The notes: generated by a model from the sequence alone, not told the origin. 64,000 nucleotides of DNA from Eledone cirrhosa (GCA_964016885.1 OZ024742.1:40796001-40860000); one strand, 5' to 3'; shown: positions 38,362 to 53,580, numbered from the stretch's first letter. A program made the numbers and translations.

Positions 38362-41300
38362 GGCACATTTCGGCCGAACGCCACCGGCTCCGGACGCCCC
38401 AGACCCGTTTCTCGCCCTGGGCCGACGACCATCTTCTTGGACGCCGGCCCCAGGGCAATTTAGCACCCTGGACGCGTTCGTCGATGCCAGCCGGAGCGCC
38501 GTAAATCGTTTCGACTTCCGCCACCGTTCCAAACGGAATAATATCTCACGGAGGCGCCGTGGTGGTGTGGCGCGCGGACCTCTACACGGCCGAAGCCCTC
38601 AGGCAGCCCTGTAACCCCCTCTTCTACCGCCCTCTACCCTCCGATCCCACACCCCTCTACCAACAACAAGTTTCCTCCACCATCCAACACCTTCTCCCCC
38701 CCCCCCACCGCTTCCCACCTCATCGTCCGCACCCCCCGCACCCCCACCATCTACTTCCTCCCCAAACTCCACAAACCCGACAACCCCGGCCGCCCCATCG
38801 TCTCCGCTTGCAACTGCCCCACCGAACTCATCTCCGCCTTTCTCGACTCCATCCTCGCCCCCCTTGTCACCACCCTCCCCTCCCACATCTCCGACACCAA
38901 CCACGCCCTGCGCCTTTTCGACTCCTTCACCTATCCACCCGGCCCACAGCCCTTCCTCTTCACCCTAGACATCAAGTCCCTCTATACCGTCATCCCCCAC
39001 GCCGACGGCTTACGCGCCCTCAAACACTACCTCGACCTTCGCCCCTCCCCCATTCCCTCCACCCCCACCCTCCTTCGCCTCGCCGAGCTGGTCCTCACCC
39101 TCAATTGTTTCTCCTTCTCCGGTGAGTTTTACCAACAGGTCACGGGGGTAGCCATGGGTACAAGAATGGGCCCGAACTATGCCAACCTTTTTGTTGGCCA
39201 TGTTGAGGCCCAAATCTTTGCCCAGTACACCGGCCCCACGCCCGAACTGTACGGTCGTTACATCGACGACTGTATCGGAGCCACGACCCTCACCCGAGAA
39301 CAGCTCGACTCCTTTCTCTCCTTCTTCTGCTCCTTCCACCCCTCCCTCCACTTCACCACCTCTATCTCCACCACCCACGTCCACTTCTTAGACATCTCCG
39401 TCGCCTTCGACCCCTCCCACCACTCCCTCGTCACCTCCGCCTTCTTCAAACCCACCGACTCCCACTCTTACCTCGACTTCACCTCTTCCCGCCCCACACA
39501 CACTAAACACTCTATTCCCTACTCCCAACTCCTCAGGATCCGCCGCCTCTGTAGCCGAGATGCTGACTTCGAGTCCCATGCCCTTTCCCTAGTCAGCCAT
39601 TTCATCCGCAGAGGTTCCCCCCCCCTCTCTCGTCCACACCGCTCTCACCCGCGCCCGTGCTGTCCACCGCTCCACCACCCTCACCCACGCCACCGCACAC
39701 CCACCCACCGTCTCCCCTTCCCCATCACCTACCACCCCTCCACCGCACCCCTCCACCGCACCATCCGCCGCCTCTTCCGACGCCTCCAGTCCGACCCCTC
39801 CACCTCCCACATCTTCCCAACCCCATCACTCCCCTCCTTCAAACGCGCACGCAATCTCCGCACCCTCCTCGTCCACAGCTCCCTACCCCCCAACCCACGC
39901 TCTCCCCCCCCGGTTCCTTTCCCTGTTCTAGGCCCCGCTGCAACACCTGTCCCCACATCACCAACACCACCACCTTCCAGGGTCCCAACGGCCACTCTCT
40001 GTCCGACATACCTTCCGCTGCACCTCCTCCAAACTAGTCTACGGACTTCGCTGCACTGAGTGCAGCGCGACTTACGTCGGACAGACGGGACGTTGCCTGG
40101 CGGACCGATTCACTGAGCACCTCCGAGATATTCGTCTCGGTGGTAGTTCCCCCATCGCCCGCCACTTTGGTGCCCCTGGACATTCCGCACGCCATCTCAC
40201 AGTCTGTGGCCTACTCCAATGCCACGGAACACCCGCCAATCTCCTCAGAGTTGAACAAAGAACCATCTTCATCTTACAGACCCACACTCCCCCCGGCCTG
40301 AACTCCCCACCCTTATTCCTTTAGCCTTCGACCGCCCCCCTCCCCCCAAACATATCCCCCACTAACACCACTAACACACCCCTCCTTTTCACCGCCCACC
40401 CCACAACTAACAATACTAACACCTCCACTCCACCCCTCATCCGACCACCCTTCCCCAACTAACATCCCTCCCTTCTTCTCCTCCCCCCTCCTTATCACAC
40501 GCACACACCCACCGGCATATATATACACGCGCTCACACTAAACACACACCCTACTACCACCACTAACCCTCACCCCCACACATCCATCCCACCACCCCGC
40601 AACTAACATCACTAACACCCCCTGACCCCAAGCACACGAACACACGCACCCACTTACACCACCCACCCCACACGCAACTAACATCCCTAACACCCCACGC
40701 ACACGTACCCATACACCCTCGCACACCACCAACTCTACACACCCTACCACCACTAACCCCCACTCACACCTGCATTCAACCCTTTCTCCACCTCCCGTAT
40801 ACTAACACCTACTAACACCCCCTTCATCAAACTACACACACACCGTTACACCACACCCTCTCCATCGACCCCCACACCCTTCTCTCCCCGCTCCACCCAC
40901 ACCCTTTCTCCACACTCACTCATCCCACTAACACCTCTACTAATACACACACACACCCTCCTCACTCCAACTTTCACACCTACCCATCCTCGCCCCTTTA
41001 CTATTCCACCCGACTGCTGCTATGCCCTCTGACCACCTCTCCGCACACACAGACACACAGCACTCCTACCGCCTTGACCACTTCCTGTTGCGCGCACACC
41101 CCACATCTCTCCTCTTCCGACCATCTCTCCATGGATTACTCGTATGTGGAGCTTGACCGCGGAATCAACTACCATCCTAGGAGTTTACCAACCTTTCAAC
41201 CACATCTTACAGAATCACCTTTATAACTCACCCACACACACACACCCCAAAAAAAATTTTTTGCCACACGCCACCTACACCCACAACACGCTTAAACCCC

Positions 41301-41815
41301 ACACACACGTGCTTTCCACCACATATTTACACCTTCAGCCTCCGGATTCCTCTCCCACCACCCCTCTATCCACACACGCACACACACTCCGACCTACACC
41401 CCACCCCACACACACCTCTTCCTGAACATGCAACTCCGTTCTTCCCCCAACCCTTGCTTTCACATACACATACACACACACACGTACACCTACACACACA
41501 CACCACCTTCAGCCCTCCCCGCTTGGACACTCCGTCTCCCTCTCCCCACTCCACCCGCCACCACCCTTATACACCCCACACCCTTCCACCACCTGTTTTA
41601 CCCCATTTTAATTTTATTTTATTTTGATCATGCTTTTATTTTTAATTTCATTCGCACCGTTTCCTCCCACCCCCTTTTCGCTATATGTCTCTCCACCACT
41701 CCCCTACACACGCTTTGAACTCTCTTCCCACACACTTTTCACCTGAAGAAGGGCTTATGCCCGAAACGTCGTTCCCCACCCCCACCTCACCCTCCAGAGC
41801 GTGAAATTAATAAAC
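38362..41815 (+). mobile_element. Neptune-type Penelope-like element (frameshifted RT + GIY-YIG to about 40330; long C/A-rich 3' UTR)
   Basis: SSWTPAPG, PGRPIVS, LDIKSLYTVIPH, GVAMGTRMGPNYANLF, RYIDD, FLDI, SFPCSRPRCNTC linker, LVY...YVGQTGR...RFTEH, PGLN. Confidence 0.88.
41737..41772 (+). ncRNA. Minimal hammerhead motif at the Neptune 3' end
   Basis: CTGAAGA a gggc ttat gccc GAAA cg TC. Confidence 0.65.
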
Positions 41816-41859
41816 ATTCGTTGTACTGCCTCTCTGTTTTGTTGCTGTTCAAATTTTCC

Positions 41860-41983
<124 letters not shown>

Positions 41984-42002
41984 GAGACAGAGCGAGAGAG
42001 AG

Positions 42003-42164
<162 letters not shown>

Positions 42165-42585
42165 GTGTGTGTACGTGTATATCTACTGAGCGAGAGGGAG
42201 GAGAGAGAGAAGGGGGCGAGAGAGACAGTAGATAATTCTCTTCTGTTCTTACAATATGTCTATAATGCATATATGCAAATATCATTTTCATTATGGTATC
42301 ACTGATTCTTTTTATCTTCCATTCTTCATTATCTTTCTCAGAATCTTTTAGAATATTAGTTTGGCCTTCTCACTTCATTTCACTAGATGTGTGTTAGTGT
42401 GTGTATATATGTGTGAGTGCGTCTGTGTATGTGTGATTATACAGATGCTTACACATACAGTGTGCGTGTGTCTATGTGTGATTATACAGATGCTCACACA
42501 TACATAAACGCAAACACATATATATAAACATGTATATTCATATGTGTGTATGTATGTTTAAACACCTATCTACATACACACACAT

Positions 42586-44145
42586 AGTAATAATAATAAA
42601 TTTGAAGACTAAAATCCAAAGAGGGCTCGATAAGGATAAATATATATCAAATATATAAGAACCGTAGAGCAAATATTTATTAAAATATCAGATTAAAGTT
42701 TAAGCAAAGAATCGCTGCTTTCACCCTTAACGGGATCTTCTGAAACTAGCAAAGTCAATCTGTAAACGCAGAACTGGATATTTCAAAAAACGTTGCAACC
42801 GGAGGAAGACAGGAAGACGATACTTTGGTTCATGGTGACGTTCGCTGTCAAAGAACGGGAAAAAACGAATATAATACGTCATTAATAGGAGCGGTGAAAA
42901 ACAATTACGCGCAAGGACAGAACCACGTTTATGGTATAAAAGAGGTCGTAGACTAATGTTCTCTAAGTGGTGCATAGAGACGTTGAAAAAACGAAGATAA
43001 TAAGTCATATGTGGAGCGTGGAGAACAATTGCACGCAAAGACAAAACCACATAAATGGTATAGCAGAAGTCGTAGACTAAAGTTCTAACAAGGAGACCGA
43101 ATGAATCACCGCTTCAGAGTTAAGAACAAAGTAAATAAATACAATACAGAGGTAATAGAAATTAAATAAATACATACACGCATACAAATACGTACATACA
43201 CAAGCATACGCGAAAACACTTACCATAGGTATACAAAACCACACACATATAAATATGTGTGTGTGTGTATGCGTTTATACAAATAAATAAATAATTAAAT
43301 AAACGTATATAAATAAATAAATACGTATATAACAAGCGCACACAGATGCCTACATGTAAATACACAAATGTTCGGAGACGTAAGTCAACCAAAACATGAA
43401 GTACACATATACACACACCCTACATATGTACGAACCTGCATACTCACACATACGCAAAACACCCGTATACACATAACCAAACCATATGTACCAGAATATA
43501 TAAAATTATACGCCATAACATATACAATCAAATATACGTACGAGAAGGTATACGTACCTTCACAAAACATACAGGTAATATATACTTACCTATGCAAATA
43601 AGTAATGGTATAAACAAAACATCAAGACGTAAAATATCTACGTATAGATCGTACTATCCGTTAGGGTATAACATGGGGCTGTAATACAGGAAAGTTTTGT
43701 GCAATTTATGTTTACAAGCCGAAATTGCCTCAGATTTTTTGTTTAAGATGTGGTCTGTGGCGTAGAGTATTTCCAGGGTCTCAGTGGCGCAGAGGTCACA
43801 TGGTCTTTTATTTCCGTTATATGATCTAGCCCTATCTAGGATCTCCCAGTGTAACTTATATTGGGTGTGGTTGTCTTTTAAACTCCAGATATAAGCTGAA
43901 AGTGACGTCATATTCCTTCTTAGAGGGTAACGAAAAGAATGGGTATGCATGTAAAGACGCTGCTTGAATCTATTGGCGGTTAACCCTATGTAGGCCCTAC
44001 GGGACGTGGGTGTTTCAACCTTACATTTGTAGACAATGTTACTAGAGAGGCATTTCCCGGATAGGGGGCAATCAACCCGATTCCTACAATTACAGTTAGT
44101 ACTAACTACAGGGTTGCACGTGTTCCTACGGCTAGGTAGTTTAGC
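42586..44145 (-). mobile_element. 5'-truncated Naiad-type PLE (GIY-YIG domain to 43654, 3' UTR, HHR, tail)
   Basis: CNCRNRVDCPLSGKC, IVYKC...AYIG, FKQRLYMHTHSF, CDLC; similar to the C-terminus of 56642-58777. Confidence 0.88.
42697..42747 (-). ncRNA. Type I hammerhead fold with a CAGAAGA (U4A) core
   Basis: agttt CAGAAGA t ccc gttaa ggg t GAAA gca...tgc TT aaact. Second copy at 13956-14004 (+). Confidence 0.6.
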
Positions 44146-44286
44146 TATGGAGAGAGAAAGAGAAAGAGAAAAAAGGAGAGAGAGAGAGATTGTAGTGTTA
44201 CGTAATAAATGTTAATCCTTCAGCTGCGAAACTGGTGTATTCGTGTGATTTACCATATTCTATAAATATATGTGTGCGCGCGCGCG

Positions 44287-44397
<111 letters not shown>

Positions 44398-45701
44398 GTA
44401 TATATGTGTATATAATAAGTTTGAAATGTTCTTTTATACAATCCACTGAAAATTTTTGCTTTTGGCAAATACATATTTAAATATAAATTTGCCTGTTTCT
44501 GTCTTAGTTTAAAATTTTTATTATATCACATTTTTCCACAGATTTTTACTTCCATATATACATATAACACACACATATGCACACACACATATATACACAT
44601 ATATATATATACATATATATATATTCATACATATTTCATATGTTCATATATACACAATAATGCCGTTTCTTTAAACCCATTTATTATTTTTTAATCTTTT
44701 TATGTGATTAAATTCATGGATATTTCAGAATATTGAAGTAATTTTGTGTTAGCTTTTTTGTCGTTTATTCGTTTTTCTTTATTATATATTTTCAGTATTT
44801 ATACAATCTATACACAGATGCTTATATTAAAGACATGCAAAAAATATATATTAATTTGAAAACATTATTGATTTATATAATGTTTTTATCTTTCTATATA
44901 TTTCCATCTAGATGGTTATCAATCTGGTAAAGTTTCGCTCTAATTAGTATTCTTTTTAGTTTTATTGAGCCCTCTTGTTAATTGCTTTGCACGAAAAATT
45001 TATTTTGGGTATAACTACGAACTATTTACTATAAAACAACTCATTATCAAAAATTAATTTGAAATTCTATTTTTAGAATTTTTAGATTTCAGTGACTCAC
45101 TTGCAAACGCATTTGCATACGAAATTTCTGGAGTTTCCGTACATCATACTTTTTTTCTGTGGTACCTAGATGATATACGCAGTAATACTCAGACATTGTC
45201 CGCTTTGCAATTCCGCAGGTATTGCTATAATATATGTAACACCATGTGTTCTAAACCAACCAATGGGCACCATTCTTAAAACACATTCACCACTTCAAAT
45301 TTGACTTATTTTAATCGTATCTGAAAGAGTGGGTCATATTTACAGTCACAGAATTGTAGACATAACCAGATAGCCGAAATGATGGTGCAAAGCAGTCTAT
45401 GCGACCTTCTAACGACTCTTCAAATTCTCCGCCCATTTTACAAGATTAGACATGAAATAAAAACGGAAGTGATAAAGATAACGACAGTTATGGTGATAAT
45501 GAGAAAGAAGAGATAGAAAACTGGATGAGAGTGGCATAATCATCATCATCATTATCATCATAATTATTATTATATATTTATGGGTATGCAATTATACATA
45601 TGTCTGTTTACGTGGGAGTTATTTTATGGGCGGAAAGTACAAAATGAAACCTTGTTTCGTTTTGGTATGTATATGTGTGTATGTGTGTTCATGTGTGTAT
45701 G

Positions 45702-46016
<315 letters not shown>

Positions 46017-46302
46017 CTATGCATCATCGGCATTATCATCATCATCATCATCATTAACAACAATATCACCATCATCATCATCATCACCACCACCAGCATT
46101 TATGTAATAGGAAAGTAAATCTTTCGAATCTTAATTTAAAAAAATGTAAGTAAGAAGTAATGTTAAGAAAAGAGAAATGTGTTTTCATAACTTTATAATG
46201 TGAAGTTTCATCGGAAATCAATAAGTGATTATATGGAGGAAAAATTGAAGTGCAATAGAGACATACTATCTCACATACACTGATATATGTTATATAAGTT
46301 CA

Positions 46303-46398
<96 letters not shown>

Positions 46399-46417
46399 CA
46401 TATACACATATACATAT

Positions 46418-46463
<46 letters not shown>

Positions 46464-46496
46464 GTATATACATGTATCATGTATATATATATATAC

Positions 46497-46610
<114 letters not shown>

Positions 46611-46692
46611 GTATATACATGTATCATGTATATATATATATACGTATATGTATAAGTATATATATATATATATGCTAATATATATATTTATA

Positions 46693-46724
<32 letters not shown>

Positions 46725-46796
46725 CATACGTACATACGTACATGTGTGCATATATATATACACACACATCCGCCTACACACACAAAACACATCAGA

Positions 46797-46897
<101 letters not shown>

Positions 46898-47052
46898 TGT
46901 ATAACTCTATACAATGCTAGAGCAAATGTATTTTTTGACGGGAGATAAACGACATAACGAAATAGATTAACAGTGTTATATTTAGAAAGATATTTAATTG
47001 GAAATATTCATTTCATATATATATTTATACATATATATACGAGTACATACAT

Positions 47053-47133
<81 letters not shown>

Positions 47134-47342
47134 TACATAGTACATATACATATACATATGTATATATATATACACGACATATATATATATATATATATAC
47201 ATATATACATATACATATGTGTATATATATACATATATATATATACATATACATATGTGTATATATATACACATATATATATACATACTACATATGTGTA
47301 TATATATACACATATATTATATATACATATATATATATATAT

Positions 47343-47429
<87 letters not shown>

Positions 47430-47708
47430 ACACACACGCATATAAACAGTGAAGGAAATGATTCCTCACGTTTTCTATAAACGTCAAGAAACAATGCCAT
47501 TTTTTAAAAAGTAATCATCAAAAATCAAATATACAGACATATGTGTATATATATATATGTGGGGGGGGGGGCGTGTGTGAGTGTGTGTGTTTTTTATTTT
47601 AAAAAAAATGGCATTGTCTCTTGACGAGAGAGAGAGGAGGTGAGATATATATACAGAGAGATAAAGAGAAAAATAGGTGTGATTATATATATGTATATAT
47701 ATATATAT

Positions 47709-47742
<34 letters not shown>

Positions 47743-47766
47743 GAGACTGAGAGAGAGAGAGAGAGA

Positions 47767-47797
<31 letters not shown>

Positions 47798-48087
47798 GAG
47801 GAGAGTAAGAGGGGGAAAGAGATCGTCATACACAGAGAGGAAGAGTGAGAAGAGATGTCAGAAGGGAAATGAGAAAATTTGGAATATTTCAACTTGAACA
47901 TTATTTTTTTGTTGGTTTTGTTCATTTTATCTTTCCTGCCATAAACTTCAAAGCGAAGAAACGGTAATAAAAACGATTCTTTTGTTTAGATTCCAAATTT
48001 GATATTAGACTTATTTGGATGGAAATCATTAATCCAATATTGTTCCAGAAAAGAAACTAAAACATAACTGAAAAATAACAAAAAAAG

Positions 48088-48511
48088 TACAAACGTCGGC
48101 TGAAAATTACATAGGCTGAAAAGTTCATATGCTGACCATGATACTCTCATGGAATGATCAAATGAGGTTTATTTTTCAACATAGTCCCTGGAAAGAAGAA
48201 ATGCAGTTGTTAATAAGAAGCGTTGAAATTAATTGTTTCTACTTTTGGCACAAGGCCAGCAATTATTGCAATGTATTACTGGTACTTTATTTTATTGACC
48301 CCGTAAGGATGAAAGGCAAAGTTAACCTCGGCGGGATTTGAACTCAGACCATAAAGGGCCGTAACTCATTGCTGCAAAGCATACCCTCCGACCCTCTACC
48401 AATACTGCCAATCGGTGGCCCTTGAAGAGTTGAAATTAATGCAAGCAAGATTCAACAGCTCTAGCATCACTCCTTCATAGTCCGTTTATGAACTTTTCAG
48501 CCTACCCTCGT
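48088..48511. mobile_element. Mariner-like MITE containing a nested SINE
   Basis: Ends ...atgaacttttcagcctaccctcg; the internal sequence matches 45830-46016. Confidence 0.72.
48234..48423 (-). mobile_element. Family-A SINE with a 17-bp TSD
   Basis: TSD gaagcgttgaaattaat (48217-48233) / gaagagttgaaattaat (48424-48440). Confidence 0.9.
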
Positions 48512-48513
48512 TA

Positions 48514-48578
<65 letters not shown>

Positions 48579-48663
48579 CATAAATACACATGAAGGCGAA
48601 CTAGCCAGTTTTAGAATTCCCTTTTTCGGATTATACTACTGTGAGAGCCCTGGTTTCTGTTGA

Positions 48664-48744
48664 GCTCTGCTGATGAATGAAATCCAACCGTGACCATCTC
48701 CACTGAAAGTTTTCATGAAATAGTCTTTTAAGACTATACAGAGC
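48664..48744 (+). ncRNA. Type I hammerhead ribozyme
   Basis: gctctg CTGATGA atgaaa [28-nt loop] tttcat GAAA tagtct ttta agacta TA cagagc. All three stems pair perfectly. Confidence 0.9.
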
Positions 48745-49293
48745 ATTTGATGTTATTCCAAATTGAAGGATAAGTGTTTCAAACTTTATTTTATCATGAG
48801 TTAAAGGTCTATAGATTTTTCCCTGGATTTTACTAAATTCTGTGGATGAATTTATATCCTGATTCTCTTTTGAGATGAGTTTGAGTTATTTTTCCTAAAT
48901 CTTTCGTTAACTACTTTTCCCATCTTGACGTTATAGTCGCATATATGTTATAGAATGCCGTTAGCTTCTTGCTAAAACAATCTCTATACCTCTCATTTAT
49001 ATTTATACTCGGATTCTTTTCCTAGAGTGCTTAAACTATCTGTGACTAATCCCGGTTTTTTTCATAAAAACTGTGATAATTATTGCTATTTTGCTGAACT
49101 CCTTTGTAGAGTTTTTTTTCAGGATTTATTTGACTGCTATTTCTTGTAAATAAACATTCACTTGCATCCTGACGTCACTAGCCCCGTTTTTTTCCTCATG
49201 TGCTTTTTCATAAATACACATGAAGGCGAACTAGCCAGTTTTAGAATTCCCTTTTTCGGATTATACTACTGTGAGAGCCCTGGTTTCTGTTGA

Positions 49294-49374
49294 GCTCTGC
49301 TGATGAATGAAATCCAACCGTGACCATCTCCACTGAAAGTTTTCATGAAATAGTCTTTTAAAACTATACAGAGC
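49294..49374 (+). ncRNA. Type I hammerhead ribozyme (second copy, one stem III mismatch)
   Basis: As 48664-48744 but with agacta>aaacta. Confidence 0.85.
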
Positions 49375-49627
49375 ATTTGATGTTATTCCAAATTGAAGGA
49401 TAAGTGTTTCAAACTTTATTTTATCATGAGTTAAAGGTCTATAGATTTTTCCCTGGATTTTGCTAAATTCTGTGGATGAATTTATATCCTGATTCTCTTT
49501 TGAGATGAGTTTGAGTTATTTTTCCTAAATCTTTCGTTAACTACTTTTCCCATCTTGACGTTATAGTCGCATATATGTTATAGAATGCCGTTAGCTTCTT
49601 GCTAAAACAATCTCTATACCTCTCATT

Positions 49628-49741
<114 letters not shown>

Positions 49742-49824
49742 AAAGGTAAACAGAAATAACAACACAATCGTACAGTATATGGAAGGTATATATTAGGTTA
49801 ACGCTTGATACAACAGGAAGAGAG

Positions 49825-49860
49825 TCTTAAAGTTTCGGACGATAGTCCTTCATCAGAAGA
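49825..49860 (-). ncRNA. Minimal hammerhead-like motif
   Basis: Reverse complement: tctt CTGATGA a ggac tatc gtcc GAAA ct TT aaga. Confidence 0.65.
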
Positions 49861-50153
49861 AAGAATGAGAAATAAAATAGATTGAGAGGACGGGCGGGTT
49901 GGAATTGGAAAAAATGTCTTTAGATAAAAAATAACAGGTCCATTCATGTTGACATCTCTTGCAAAACTGTTGGTGCTGGCGTTTTGTGTATGATTTGTTT
50001 TTTAGAAAAGTGGATGATGGCAGGCGTCTAATGTGTATGTGTGTGTGTGTATATATATATATAGACACACACACACATATATATATTAGAAGGCTGCCAT
50101 CATCCACTTTTCTAAAGCCCAATGCTCTAACCACTAAGCCATGCACCTTCATA

Positions 50154-50920
50154 TCTACATATTTATATATATATATATAAAAGCGAGGATGTGTGTGTCT
50201 GTGGACAAATTTGGACACCTAAGGCTTTTACAATTCCCAACCGAATTTGACCAAATTTTCTGTGCACGTTGCACCTGTCGTTAAGATGGTCACATCACAA
50301 TTTTTTTTAAATCGACCCACGTTGAGCAATAAAAAATCGATAGCAAAATTATCGATAACCAAATTATTTTTTCTAAAGTGCATGATGTAAGGGAGATAAC
50401 AATGAAGACAAAATCCTTATGCGATTTTCCATGCAAATTAAAAGTTGCAATTACTTTTACATTTTTCGAGCTTTTTTTACAAAATGTTTACCAATTGCCT
50501 ATGCCGTCGAGGTAATACAAGAAGATTATTTTTTCTAAAGTGTATGCTGTAAGGGAGAAATCAATCTAAAAACAATCCTTATGGGACTTTCCATTCAAAC
50601 CGTTGGGACCTACAACTTTTACATTTTTAAATTAATTTCGTCCACATTTGAGACAGGCATTATCTATGCTTCCAGGATATTGTGAATTTAATAAAAAAAA
50701 CTATTATTACAATGAAGAAATCAGTTAAAACAAAATGTTCCTTCATTATCAGCATAGTTTTATGTGTACAAAGATTGCACTAAATATTCGTTTGCATTAA
50801 TTATTGAAGACTTCTGCTTATTTAGACAGGTTGGGGACAAATAATTTTCTTCTTTTACTTCCTAGCTGTATATTCTTAGCATAATTTCAAACCCCGGGCA
50901 ACGCCGGGTAAATCTGCGAG
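50154..50920 (+). mobile_element. Non-autonomous Helitron
   Basis: 5' TC after an A, 3' hairpin cccgggcaacgccggg about 12 nt before a degenerate CTAG (cgag) followed by T. Internal repeat with period about 164 bp. Confidence 0.7.
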
Positions 50921-50924
50921 TATA

Positions 50925-51180
50925 TATATATATATCAACTAGAAATTGATTGACATATATATATATCTAAAATAAACATATGAAACAATAACAGGGAATA
51001 ATTTGTAAAATTATTCCCTGTGATTGTTTCATATGTTTATTTTATATATATATATATATATGTCAATCAATTTCTAGTTGATATATAATGCTCGGATCTA
51101 TTCATTGGAATCTTGGAACATATTCTACAGTGGATATGGCGCATGTCTCTCTGACATGACACCCTTAATTTAATTTTGTA
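50925..51180. repeat. Fold-back inverted repeat (arms of about 75-80 bp, 3-nt loop) plus a one-sided tail, in (TA)n
   Basis: tcaactagaaattgattgaca...cagggaataattt GTA aaattattccctg...tgtcaatcaatttctagttga. Confidence 0.9.
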
Positions 51181-51208
51181 TATATATATACATATATAAG
51201 TAGAAGAG

Positions 51209-51341
<133 letters not shown>

Positions 51342-51759
51342 TATATATATATATATATACACACACTGAAATAGTACAGTGGATCTCCCTGCAACAAGTC
51401 TTAACACCCCGGCGGGCAGGCGCTGCAAAATAACACCCAGGAAACAATCCTTGCATACCAGACCCAGCCTCAGACAAACGGATGCGGCAAAAAAGAAAGA
51501 AAAAAAATTTGTCCGGGAAAGACTGCCGTAACACCGGCCAGAGTTACCTTCCTTGACCTGCTGCAAAATCAAAACAAGATATTTTTGCGAGCAATGAACT
51601 TTGATGTGGATTTAACCCCAAAAACTCTTTCCGAGCAATATAAGGAACACTTGTGATTATTTATGCCCTTGAGAAGCCCAACTGGGCAAAACGTACGTAG
51701 GTGATATTTTAAATAAACATGTTTTAACGGTCTACTCTCTGATTTTTTACTTTCCCACG

Positions 51760-52316
<557 letters not shown>

Positions 52317-52393
52317 TATGAGTTTGGCAAGAGATGTCAACATGAATGGACCTGTTATTTTTATCTAAACCCACCCGTCCCCACCCGTCCCCT

Positions 52394-52468
<75 letters not shown>

Positions 52469-52623
52469 CAGGGAGTATAACTTGGAGTTACTGTAGGTTC
52501 ACCCGGGTGAGCACTCGATATTTAGGTTCACTTCAATGTCGAGGTGTAGAGCTATACAGAGTGTATTATAGTTAAATAAGAAAACAAGGACGATTGGTTA
52601 CTCCTTCATTGCGTTTATCGGTT

Positions 52624-52708
52624 GGTGACGCGCGTTTCGCCACTGACCAGCTCAAGGTTCGATCTGTATCGATCTGACCTGACTCTGTAATCACCGGCTC
52701 GTCAGACC
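52624..52708 (-). ncRNA. Type I hammerhead with an extended stem II, in a PLE-like terminus (about 52467-52915)
   Basis: Reverse complement: ggt CTGACGA gcc...ggc GAAA cgcgcg TC acc. Confidence 0.75.
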
Positions 52709-52914
52709 CCTTGTAATGTTAATGGAAGAATGAATAGATGCTGTATGATAAAGTCAGAAGTTCCAATGGTGGTCAGTAAAGTTTGTTTTGATTGGTGGAT
52801 TAGTTCATAGGGATGTTTTTGCCTGTAGGTAGTGTATGTGGGGGGTGGGTGTGTGGAAAGTGTTTGGTGTCGATCGCAGGTTGAAGTGCGTGGTGGTGTC
52901 CATCGTCCATATGA

Positions 52915-53580
52915 GTGGGTTTCTTGGTCGGTGTCCAAGTCTCAGACCCGTACAGTAGCACTACAACAACGAAGAGGCGGATCTTCTGGTCTTTACGAAG
53001 GTCCGACTTCCACACCGATCTCAAGCTGTGGCACGCCGCCCAGGCTTTGCTCTTCCTCTCGACCACATCATTTTCCGTATTCCCAATCTTTGCTCCCAAA
53101 TACAGGAAGTCCTCAACCAATTCTAGCGGCTTCCCGCCTACATTAGTAATCTTCTCTGGCTTCTTAATATTCTCTACCAGATATTTTGTCTTAATCTCAT
53201 TCATTCTCAGCCCCACACTCATCGACACAGTCTCCACCTCCTGCATCAAATCCTCTGAGAATGGCTCTGAACATTAATCAGTATACACTGAGGATGAAGA
53301 ACTCAGAGCTGTATGGGAGCCTCCCAAAAGTCAGCTCAAAAGTGACACAGAGGAGACTGAGGTTAGCTGGACATGCTCACCGACATCCAGAGTTGACACT
53401 GCACTCAGTGCTCCTGTGGGAGCCTCTGCATGGACACACTGGAAGAGGAAGACTGAAGTTAACATATGTTGATGCCCTAAGGATAGACACTGGTCTGTTG
53501 GAGACTCAAGACATGGCAGCGATAATGAGGGAGAGAGACCGCCGGAGAGAGCTCGTCAATGGATCTCAGTAATTTTACCC
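52915..53580. mobile_element. RTE-type LINE 3' fragment with a 5' inversion
   Basis: Minus 52915-53260: VGLRMNEIKTKY, VEDFLYLG, VLLYGSETWT. Plus 53261-53572: RRLRLAGHAHRH, GRGR, TYVD. Confidence 0.82.
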
